A stretch of DNA of 19,368 bases from Ginkgo biloba (lineage: Eukaryota; Plantae; Ginkgophyta): the NCBI GenBank assembly GCA_024626585.2, contig JANKJI020000002.1:26336797-26356164 (forward strand), read 5' to 3'. Shown here piece after piece: positions 7,173 to 16,830 of this stretch; the stretch's first letter is position 1; every line of letters starts with the position of its first letter. The position numbers and the translations under genes are program-made. The notes beneath the pieces are model-generated. The model was not told the origin of the DNA. It saw only the letters and a list, made by a program, of their open reading frames with translations, and searched no databases.

Positions 7173-9992
7173 TCACCAATAATCCCTACAAGAACACTGT
7201 CCATTCTTGAAATGATGATAACGTTTGGCATCCCTCACCACAATTTCTCGTGCAACTATCTTGGAGATGAATTTGATGGCAGAGTGGCAGTCACCACATA
7301 CTCGAAGGTTCTTAACAATCCGAATAGTTGTCCCTGGTGATGTGTTGATAAGCCCAAATGCAATTGCCAACTTCTCACTATGGTGGTAAAGAATTTGTTC
7401 CTTCTGCTCCTCCTCAACATCATTCAACACAAATTTTTTGTCGGACACATACCCTGCCACCTTCATCTGCCTTGCCAATGTCTCCAACTTTGCATTAATA
7501 TTCGGCATTTGTGGGTGTGACATGTCTCCTACGATGAAAGCATGCACCTGTTTATTGACCTCAATCCAACTGCATCCAGGTTTCTTTTTAACCCTCTTGT
7601 CTTTCATAATTTTTCTCACCTTTTCAATGTCATCCCATCTACCAGCGGCAGCATAAATGTTTGATAGCAGCACATAAGATGAGTCTCTTTTAGGATCCAA
7701 CTCAAAAAGGCATTTGGCCACAGATTCTCCTAGCTTTACATTGTTATGTATTCTACAAGCACTGAGCAAACAACTCCAAACAGTAGCATCAGGTTTTATT
7801 GGCATTTTGTTGATAAAGTCTATTGCCTCATCCAAGAGTCCAGCACGGCCAAGAAGGTCAACCATGCAGCCATAGTGCTCCATTGCAGGTGTTATGTGAT
7901 AATATTGATTCATGCAATTAAAGTAATGGCAGCCCTCTTCCACTAGGCCTGCATGGCGGCATGCAGACAAAACACAAACTAATGTGACATGGTTTGGGTT
8001 CATGCCAGATAATTGCATTCGTTCAAAGAGTTCAAGGGCTTCCCTGCCACAGCCATGCATGCCATATCCAGCAATGATTGCATTCCAAGAGACCACATTT
8101 GGTTGCTGTATTTTGTCAAAAACATGAAGTGCCTTGTCTATGCTCCCACATTTTGCATACATGTCTATAAGGGCATTTGCCACAAAGACCTGAGACTGAA
8201 ATCCGCTCCTAATTATTTCTTCATGGATTTCCATACCCTGCTCCAGAGCTGCCAAATTGGCACATGCTGGGAGAACACCCACGTAAGTAACCAAGTTTGG
8301 CTTCAAACCCGTCAGCTGCATTTCTTGAAACAGCTTCAAGGTCTCTTCAAAATACGCATTCTGTGCATATGCTGCGATCATGGAAGTCCACGAGACTACA
8401 TTTCGTTCATGCATTCCGTCAAACACTTGACGTGCATCCTGTATACTCCTACATTTACCATACATATCTACAAGGGCGTTTCCAAGAAAGATATCAGACT
8501 GAAGTCCACTTCTAATTATGTCTTCATGAACCTCCTTGCCATACTCCAGAGCTGCCAAGTTGGCATACGCTGGGAGAACACTGGCAAAGCTTATTGAATT
8601 CGGCTTCACACCTGTCGACTTCATTTGTTTAAAGAACTTGATGGCTTCATCAACATGGCCATTCTGTGCGTATCCTGCAATCATCACATTCCATGATACC
8701 ACATCTTGTTCAGGCAATTTATTGAACACGTTGNNNNNNNNNNNNNNNNNNNNNNNNNNNNNNNNNNNNNNNNNNNNNNNNNNNNNNNNNNNNNNNNNNN
8801 NNNNNNNNNNNNNNNNNNNNNNNNNNNNNNNNNNNNNNNNNNNNNNNNNNNNNNNNNNNNNNNNNNNNNNNNNNNNNNNNNNNNNNNNNNNNNNNNNNNN
8901 NNNNNNNNNNNNNNNNNNNNNNNNNNNNNNNNNNNNNNNNNNNNNNNNNNNNNNNNNNNNNNNNNNNNNNNNNNNNNNNNNNNNNNNNNNNNNNNNNNNN
9001 NNNNNNNNNNNNNNNNNNNNNNNNNNNNNNNNNNNNNNNNNNNNNNNNNNNNNNNNNNNNNNNNNNNNNNNNNNNNNNNNNNNNNNNNNNNNNNNNNNNN
9101 NNNNNNNNNNNNNNNNNNNNNNNNNNNNNNNNNNNNNNNNNNNNNNNNNNNNNNNNNNNNNNNNNNNNNNNNNNNNNNNNTTTGGCTTCACACCTGCCAG
9201 TTGCATTTCTCCAAAAAGTTTCAGAGCCTCCTCACCCCGCCCATTCTGTGCATATCCCGCAATCATAGCTGTCCAGGAAACCACAGTTCGTTGATGTATT
9301 TTGTCAAACACTTGGCGTGCGGTCTCTATACTTCCACATTTTGCATACATATCCACAAAGGCATTCGCGACATACACATCAGACTGAAATCCACATCGAT
9401 TTATTTCTTCATGGATCTTCATGCCCTGTTCCAGTGCTACCAAGTCGGCACATGCTGGGAGCACACTGGCAAAGGTGAATTGATTGGGTTGGATACTCGT
9501 GCGTTGCATTTGGTTAAACAATGCCAAGGACTCCTCAGCAAGGCCATGCCTGACGTAAGCAGCAATCATCACAGTCCATGAGAACGCATCTCGTTCAGAC
9601 ATTTGGTCGAAAACTCCGCGAGCGTGCACCAGATTGCCGCACTTGACATACATGTTCACAAGTGTGTTCCGCATAAGTGTGTCCGCCATAAAGCCCCTTT
9701 CATTCATGTGGGCGTGGACTAGTTTTCCCTCTGACAAGGCTTTCTCCTTAATGCAACCCTGTAAGAGACAAATATACATAAAAGTGTCTGCACGCTGGTC
9801 CATAGCATGCAAAATATGCAAGGCCTCTTTCAATCGGCCCTGTTTACACAAATCTTTCATGGAACTATTATTGCCATTGGCTTCCTGTTCAAGAGCACCA
9901 CTAGTGGTATTTCTACTCTGAAGCTTTGGCATTAGCCCAACAAACGGTACGACCTTCTTCCTCTGACTTCTGAATGGCTTTCCCATTTCCAT
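7173..9992 (-). CDS. PLS-class pentatricopeptide repeat protein with E1, E2 and DYW deaminase domain (organellar C-to-U RNA editing factor, DYW:PG type)
   Basis: 939-codon ORF, 149 codons of it N. Regular P(35)-L(35)-S(31) triplets (VVSWxxMIAGYAQNG / FASVLPACAxLxALEQG / NALxDMYAKCG), then P2-L2-S2 (EHYGCMVDLLGRAG), E1/E2, PGCSWIEV (from 7580), HSEKLA (from 7382), CGDCH (7298-7284) and terminal DYW-TGA. The start codon is uncertain (see 10033). Confidence 0.96.
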   Translation of the reverse strand: MEMGKPFRSQRKKVVPFVGLMPKLQSRNTTSGALEQEANGNNSSMKDLCKQGRLKEALHILHAMDQRADTFMYICLLQGCIKEKALSEGKLVHAHMNERGFMADTLMRNTLVNMYVKCGNLVHARGVFDQMSERDAFSWTVMIAAYVRHGLAEESLALFNQMQRTSIQPNQFTFASVLPACADLVALEQGMKIHEEINRCGFQSDVYVANAFVDMYAKCGSIETARQVFDKIHQRTVVSWTAMIAGYAQNGRGEEALKLFGEMQLAGVKPXXXXXXXXXXXXXXXXXXXXXXXXXXXXXXXXXXXXXXXXXXXXXXXXXXXXXXXXXXXXXXXXXXXXXXXXXXXXXXXXXXXXXXXXXXXXXXXXXXXXXXXXXXXXXXXXXXXXXXXXXXXXXXXXXXXXXXXXXXXXXXXXXXXXXXNVFNKLPEQDVVSWNVMIAGYAQNGHVDEAIKFFKQMKSTGVKPNSISFASVLPAYANLAALEYGKEVHEDIIRSGLQSDIFLGNALVDMYGKCRSIQDARQVFDGMHERNVVSWTSMIAAYAQNAYFEETLKLFQEMQLTGLKPNLVTYVGVLPACANLAALEQGMEIHEEIIRSGFQSQVFVANALIDMYAKCGSIDKALHVFDKIQQPNVVSWNAIIAGYGMHGCGREALELFERMQLSGMNPNHVTLVCVLSACRHAGLVEEGCHYFNCMNQYYHITPAMEHYGCMVDLLGRAGLLDEAIDFINKMPIKPDATVWSCLLSACRIHNNVKLGESVAKCLFELDPKRDSSYVLLSNIYAAAGRWDDIEKVRKIMKDKRVKKKPGCSWIEVNKQVHAFIVGDMSHPQMPNINAKLETLARQMKVAGYVSDKKFVLNDVEEEQKEQILYHHSEKLAIAFGLINTSPGTTIRIVKNLRVCGDCHSAIKFISKIVAREIVVRDAKRYHHFKNGQCSCRDYW

Positions 9993-10033
9993 GGATTAAA
10001 TCCGAAGGTTTCAATGGCCAGCAAGGATGCCAT
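9932..10033 (-). other. Overlapping out-of-frame upstream ORF (33 aa) or frameshifted true N-terminus of the PPR
   Basis: The ATG at 10033 in context cagaATGGC reads MASLLAIETFGFNPWKWESHSEVRGRRSYRLLG* (TAA at 9934-9932). It lies 41 nt upstream of the ATG at 9992, and the PPR frame has a TAA two codons before 9992. Confidence 0.6.
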
Positions 10034-10286
10034 TCTGAAAAGTGTACAGATATGTTTGTTGTTTTACGTGGAAAGCCCATGGCACATTAGCATCTTCCAC
10101 ATAGCTGTATAGATCTATCCCAATGGACATTGTGGTCGGGAAATCTTTAAATATTTTGTTGAATTGCGTTGTATGGTCGTTGATGTTTTATGAATATGTC
10201 ACAAAATTAAAGCATGGAATTAAGCCAAGAACTATATTTTCAGCTTATTAGATTATGTCAAATGGAAAACACATCAATTCAAACTA

Positions 10287-10593
10287 TCTATCTACTATAC
10301 TAAAATAAAACCCATATCCGCACCCCCCTCGGGCCGGGGGCCGAACATGGACTTTTCGGACGACGAGAGGGCCGCCAGTGGAGAGCGTCGACGGGCCTCA
10401 TTTAAGATCCGCACTCGTGACATNNNNNNNNNNNNNNNNNNNNNNNNNNNNNNNNNNNNNNNNNNNNNNNNNNNNNNNNNNNNNNNNNNNNNNNNNNNNN
10501 NNNNNNNNNNNNNNNNNNNNNNNGCATTAGGCAAGGCTTTTGAACATAAGTTTTTTAGCATATAAAATGGGAGTGGTCGGGCACACACACTAT
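10287..10593 (+). mobile_element. Putative non-autonomous Helitron-like element upstream of the PPR gene
   Basis: It starts A|TCTATCTACTATACTAAAA, like Helitron 5' TC ends. The interior is abruptly GC/CpG-rich (10317-10420). It ends cgggcacacacaCTAT|T, near but not equal to CTRR, and the subterminal hairpin is not intact. There is a 100-N gap inside. Confidence 0.45.
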
Positions 10594-10739
10594 TTTCTTA
10601 CTTATATAGTATAATATGTAACAAATTATAGTTTGTAGTGACTATAATATTAATGGAGGTCTTGGGTACTTTCAGAGTCATTCTTCCCTACACACAACAT
10701 AAGAGTATCATGTTTCATGCTACAAGTTATGCATCTATG

Positions 10740-12215
10740 GATCTTGAAATTGATCATACAACATTTATTCGTCTCTTTTTAAAACAAAACTTACGAGATG
10801 GGTTCTAGTCATAGAATAAATTTTGTGTTTATTATTGTTTAAGACTAGTAAATAAGGAAGTTGATGCTTTATCACATGATATCCCTTGTGCTATTAATTT
10901 TTAATGTAAGGATATATCCTAGTCATATCATACTTAGCACGCCATATCCCAATCACAATATCTTCAACATAAATACTAGTTGCACAACATAAAGACTCTA
11001 AGGTATAAGAAAACCTTTTTTAATTATGAACAAGTAATAAACTTTTACTTCAAAATTTTCAAATCATCAATAAACTTTTATATTTCCTACAAAATAATTT
11101 CCCTAGATATGTATGTTTATCTAGATTATGACAAAAAATTATATTTGTGTTTCATGGTTCTCTTATATTTGGCCATTTGGGATTTGTTAAATTGCTTGAT
11201 AAATTAAAACATCGTTGTTATTGGTAAAAGCAGTGTCAAGACGTATCCTGATATGTACAAAGTTACTTTACTTTTCAATCATTCAAAATCCTTAAAAAAT
11301 AAAAAAAGGTATTATAGAACCCATATAAGCATCCATTACTTTTGAACTTGTTTATTACGATATTATGGGTCCCTTTCTATCATTATCACTAAGTATTCAA
11401 TATGACATTGTCCTTACTAAATATTTAACAATATGGGATAATGCTAAAGATATTCCATCTATAGATGCTAATAAAATTGGAAAATTTATTTTTGATGCCA
11501 TTTATCAACATAGTTATCTAAGAGGAATATTGTCAGGTAGTGGTTTCAATTTTACATCCAATATCTTCCAAATCATTACCTAGACATTAGGTATACATCA
11601 ACCCTTCACTAGCACATTCCACCTCGTAATTGACAACCCAAGAGAGTGTTATATTTTACATTGAAATGACTATTGGAAATCTATACATATATTCAAGAAA
11701 CCAATTGGGATATATACTTACCTTTTTTGTAAACTACATACAATACATAGGTGCAAGCCTCTACATGCATTTCACATTTTTGTGTTTTATATAGACATGA
11801 CCTTATTTTACTTCCAACTTTAAGTATTTTCTAATTATAGAATCCTTATGATCACAATGCCCACTCATAGTCTAGTCATCTCTCTACGATCATTCCTTAT
11901 TTGAGATCATTTGCATTACATAATTTGAGTATTGCATAACAGAAGCAAAATCATTACTTTAATGAACATCATGGATTAATGGAATTCAAAGTAGGAGATA
12001 AAGTAGTAATATAATATACTTGATAGACCAAAAAAGGATTGAATAAAACCTTTTTGCATCCATGCTTGGGACCACATGAGATTGTAATAAAGATCACCAT
12101 GTCATCTTATAAGTTAAGACAATTGAGCAATAGGACATACTATTCATCACATATCTTGATTAAATCCATTATATTTTGAAATCCAAAACACTTATTCCAT
12201 CGAGAGGGATGAGAG
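10740..12215 (+). mobile_element. Degenerate Ty3/gypsy RNase H end, integrase and PPT, without visible chromodomain
   Basis: EIDH (cf. TDH, ~10746); KLTRWVL (10787); VDALSH (10860); GHLGFVKLLDKLKHRCYW*KQCQDV (Zn finger, 11171); FELVYYDIMGPF...TKYLTIW...FNFTS...TLGI...FH (rve core); NWDIYLPFL*TTYNT; FKVGDKV; LGPHEIV...SYKL (GPY/F, 12069); purine tract gagagggatgagag at 12202-12215. Confidence 0.88.
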
Positions 12216-12615
12216 TATCATGATGGTTGATTCATATGTAAATGAGGATAGGTAATCATATAGCTAATATGAGAGGCACACGTACAAAGGGATGGGCAAC
12301 CATGTGTTAATTTAATGCAACAAGGATAAGTTTAACAAGTGTCATGGGTTGATTGTATCAATACATAAATAATATTAGTCAATTAACAATTGATGATTGG
12401 TGTAAGCATGTATAGGAAGGCCTCGAACAATCAATAGAGGGAAAGTTGTATTTTATTAAAATGTATAATGTATTTTTTCTATTGCCCCCTCCGATTAGAG
12501 ATCATGGCTAGAATTGCTAGTGGAACCAAGCAATTAAAAGGGTCACCTACTTCCTGAGAGGATTTGGTAAACAAATAACTTATATCAGAAAGAAGGCTGA
12601 GAGAGCTTCTAGAAG
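12216..12615 (+). mobile_element. Probable 3' LTR of the preceding gypsy element (end hidden in gap)
   Basis: It follows the PPT directly and begins TATCATG (TGTCATG with a G>A change). Position is the only evidence; there is no partner LTR in the window. Confidence 0.5.
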
Positions 12616-13294
12616 NNNNNNNNNNNNNNNNNNNNNNNNNNNNNNNNNNNNNNNNNNNNNNNNNNNNNNNNNNNNNNNNNNNNNNNNNNNNNNNNNNNNN
12701 NNNNNNNNNNNNNNNTTAGAAACTTGAGATGCTTATACTAATACACATGTTATAAGTTGGGATATATTCATTACTCCCTTATGAAAATGATAAGGTCTCA
12801 ATTGCGATTGAGTTGAGTGGAGAAAAGAAGCTTATTCTTTCAAACAAAATAACAACAATATTAATGAAGAGAAATAAAGTCAAGAAAAATATATTCGACA
12901 TAAATAAATAAGAAAGAAATCTAAAGTAATATCTCCTAATCCACAAAATATTGTTGCAAGGTTGAATCCATCCTTAATTATTTATACCAAGGCACTCATC
13001 CAAGTAAAAATTATACGAGTAGTGATGATTTAATATATGATAAATAAATTGAAAATTTTATGAATTCTAGGTACCTTAATAGGAATATCCCTCACAACTG
13101 TAAAATCCATAATAACTCTTGAATTAGTTCCTTCACTATAAGAGGTAAGAGAAATTACTTTTCAAAATAACTCAAAGAGAGTAAATCAAATCCTTCCATA
13201 AATATTTAAGCCTCTAGATGAGGACAAATGATTAAGTAAAAGGCATAGTTAATATTTTGATAGAGTTTTATATAATGTGTTCCCTTTGCAATCT

Positions 13295-13440
13295 AAAGGA
13301 GGGGATATGTAAACAAACTAATTGTATTGGGTATTTCATCCAAACTATAATTAACTGGTTATGTGTATCCCTATAATTCAATATTCTCCCATAGCATGTA
13401 GTAGTGCATAGAAAATCTTGACAACAAATATTCTTTCTTG
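13295..13440 (+). mobile_element. PPT-LTR junction of a further LTR element
   Basis: aaaggagggga-ta-TGTAAAC (PPT 13295-13305, TG at 13308) is a canonical junction. The right end is arbitrary. Confidence 0.5.
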
Positions 13441-14208
13441 CATGAATTCATCCTCTCTCCATTTTTTATTTTATTTTTATTTTTATAATATATTTCTATC
13501 TTTATTCTTTTACATACACTTCCCATTCCTCCACTAGTTGAAGGTCTATTTTATATCTCACCTACTACATAAAATATTATTAATATAGAGGTTTTTTTTA
13601 TATTTTCATCCTATATCCATTTGAAAATACTTATTAATTAGTATTGTCAATCAAATTCAATTTAACTATTCCATTATTAAACACCTAGAAATGGTTTTAT
13701 GGTTTTATCCACCTAATCTAAAATTTCCTAGNNNNNNNNNNNNNNNNNNNNNNNNNNNNNNNNNNNNNNNNNNNNNNNNNNNNNNNNNNNNNNNNNNNNN
13801 NNNNNNNNNNNNNNNNNNNNNNNNNNNNNNNTGAGGCCATTGGGGTGTAATGGCAAGATTAGAAAGGTTCATCCTCTCAAGACCTACCAATATCCTGAGC
13901 TTATAAAATGGTACCACATGTAGGGTCATTATTCAAACTAGTAAAAGGCCACCTAAACCACAAAACCATGACTCTAATGCCATTGAAGCCTACATACAAA
14001 ATATGGATCTCCACTATCGTTTATAATTGCCTAAATTCAAAGATAAAAGTAGGTATAGGGATGAGATGGAGGACATATTTGTTTGAGAAAGAAATTTCAT
14101 CCACAATACTCTATGAATAATCCTTTGATCTTTGCGTATTTGCAAAATTGACTCTCTAAGGCAAGATTGCACCCCTTGGATGATTGTTTGAGAAGAAAAG
14201 TTTAAAGC

Positions 14209-14595
14209 ATGGCCCTGATGGCTCCCAAAGTTTCTACTCTTGAATTTCCCCCCATCGTCCATCTCAAATTCATTGACACTTATTTTGAGAAGGAGCTACT
14301 GAATGATAAGAACCTCCAGAATTACAATGATGTATACAATTTGATAGAAAGGGAAGAGACACTCTTCGAGGAAGAGGAAGATATATCAGAGGATGATGTA
14401 GATTATAAGAGTGACCTTCTCTCCCTCAAAGTTTTTGGCTTGCCCAAGATTGTGATAAATCTAAAGATGCTCCCCTATAAGGACCTCTTCTCCAGGGCCT
14501 TATACCATAGTACTTTAAAAAAGGAAATACTCGCCTCAACTGCAGGGACCATGGCTATTGTAAATGGTGGGTTTTTGCCTAGTCAACTTATCTAG
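14209..14595 (+). other. 128-aa acidic ORF of unknown origin, probably a TE accessory-ORF remnant
   Basis: Longest gap-free ORF outside the PPR locus, protein-like in composition (EREETLFEEEEDISEDDVDY...MLPYKDL). No domain recognised with confidence. Confidence 0.3.
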
Positions 14596-15365
14596 TGTCT
14601 AAAAGGATCTTTCCTCAGNNNNNNNNNNNNNNNNNNNNNNNNNNNNNNNNNNNNNNNNNNNNNNNNNNNNNNNNNNNNNNNNNNNNNNNNNNNNNAACAA
14701 CTAGACTTGGGCTTCAAAATTGGACCTAGAATTGAGGTTACGCACAAGGAGATCTATCTTGAAATAATTATCTAAGGTAAGTTATGATTTTCAAGTAAGT
14801 GTTTACATGCAAAATGGAATAGTTTTAAGTGTTGGAGATATTTACCAGTTTTACATTTATTATTTATTTTACGGGCATGTGTCTGCATAGTTCTTTAGCT
14901 CATATACNNNNNNNNNNNNNNNNNNNNNNNNNNNNNNNNNNNNNNNNNNNNNNNNNNNNNNNNNNNNNNNNNNNNNNNNNNNNNNNNNNNNNNNNNNNNN
15001 NNNNNNNAAATAATAATGACAATGAAAATGCCAATATCAATTTAGTGCAACAAAGAAAGCTACATATGCAGATAATGAAATATGTGACACATGCATTAAC
15101 ATAGGCATGGTTGCATACTAGAGGTATATCCATATGATTGTTTGGAAACTAATTAGAGGTCATTGATCGAAGAAAGAGTATTTTCAAACTCTAATAAAGA
15201 GAGTGCATTTTCTATGACAATGGAGTTAGAATGGTTAAATATATAAATTTAAGTGTAAAAGTAAGTCCATTATATCCATTACTGACTTCGATGTTTAGAT
15301 TGGCAAATAATTTCAAATATTATTATTGTACATTGTTGTTAATCAATAATATTTGACATTTTCAA

Positions 15366-15409
15366 TGGATGGATGGATGGGTCTATGTGTATGTGTGTGA
15401 GAGAGAGAG
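15366..15409. repeat. Compound microsatellite (TGGA)3...(TG)n(AG)n
   Basis: tggatggatggatgggtctatgtgtatgtgtgtgagagagagag. Confidence 0.75.
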
Positions 15410-15840
15410 TATAAAAGATATATACTAATACAAATATATGGCAATGGATTGCCACGAAAATAATTCAAGTTATGTTTGAGGAAGAAATATTGTTGTCTCT
15501 TACTTAAAAATCTTTCCACTTTTTTCCACAACTTGTGCAATTATGATTGTAATTGCAATTCCCTCTTTTTATTTATACATAATAAATATATACTATATTT
15601 ATCTTATTAATGAGGGGATGGTTATATATGTATCTAATTATATAATATTATATAATTATGTATATTTTTTAATGACAAAAATTAATAACCAAGTTCTCAC
15701 AAGATAGAAAAATAAATACATTAATGTATCTTCATTCAATAGATAATTTTCAATGCATTTATCATTAGGGAACACAATTATATATGATTATATTTGCTTT
15801 GTAATGACATAATAAATGACATCATTTACTTTTTACATTA

Positions 15841-15862
15841 TGCACGCGTGCACGCACGTGCA
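15841..15862. repeat. CpG-rich palindromic cluster
   Basis: tgcacgcgtgcacgcacgtgca contains the perfect 12-bp palindrome tgcacgcgtgca, the 8-bp palindrome gcacgtgc and the hairpin cgtgc-ac-gcacg. Confidence 0.7.
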
Positions 15863-16812
15863 AACACATAATATTTATGGTATACAATGACCTTATAGAA
15901 AATGATGGTTTAAAGCGAATGAGATAATACCAAAAACACACGTTAAAGGATTGAGTCCAAGGAGAACTCACTACTAGTGGATGGGAATAATGAATCCTTC
16001 ATAAGAAGTTGCTAATGAGTCCCTTGAAGTGCTTTGAGTCAATACTTTGAGTTGCAAGTCAACCTACAAAATTCCATGAATAAGGGAACATAAGAGATAT
16101 ATGCAATAATTTTGAAAGAACCTCCCATTAAGATCACAAAAACATATATCATTTATAGCATGAGAGAGATACATAATTATGAAGATATACTATCTTATTA
16201 ATAAAATTGATATGGCATCACTGATGAACATAATTGGCTTCACCAATCTTAGGCTATTATTGTGGACAAATATAATCCTTCTCTCTTTTTCTCCCTTTAA
16301 TAGAAGTTCACATACAATGCTAGCGATAATGAAGACACTCTTGTGGAATCTATATTAAAGAATCTCAATGATGGTAAATGACATGAAATGCTCAATATTA
16401 AGGAAATAAATTAGTGAAATTTCCATCAACACTTTGAGATGAAACTTAAAAAGGATATTTATAATCAAATAATGGCTTCATGACCTCGAGGATAGTGAAT
16501 GTCGTTAATTAATAAGGGAGGTCATGGGAATAATTTTTCAAGTGAATGAGTGGTGTTAGATTCATGATAGGTATAATGTTTATGGTTAATTATGGCCATG
16601 TGAGTTAAAGTGTATATATGGAAAAATAACATGAGATATAAGAGGCCAAATGAGTAAAAACCCNNNNNNNNNNNNNNNNNNNNNNNNNNNNNNNNNNNNN
16701 NNNNNNNNNNNNNNNNNNNNNNNNNNNNNNNNNNNNNNNNNNNNNNNNNNNNNNNNNNNNNNNAGAATTTTCTATGGACAGAATATTATAAAATATAAAA
16801 TGAATTCTAATT

Positions 16813-16830
16813 TCTCTCTCTCTCTCTCTC
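16813..16830. repeat. (TC)9 microsatellite
   Basis: tctctctctctctctctc. Confidence 0.9.

Noticed and set aside
7146-9921. Plus-strand ORFs overlapping the PPR (8013-8597, 8536-9294, 8706-9581, 9634-9921 and others)
   Set aside because: Antisense shadows of the repetitive PPR frame, some inflated by N runs.
14724-14735. Third occurrence of acctagaattga, matching the putative TSD
   Set aside because: No flanking similarity or RT frame, so probably chance. It is a reminder that short matches alone are weak.
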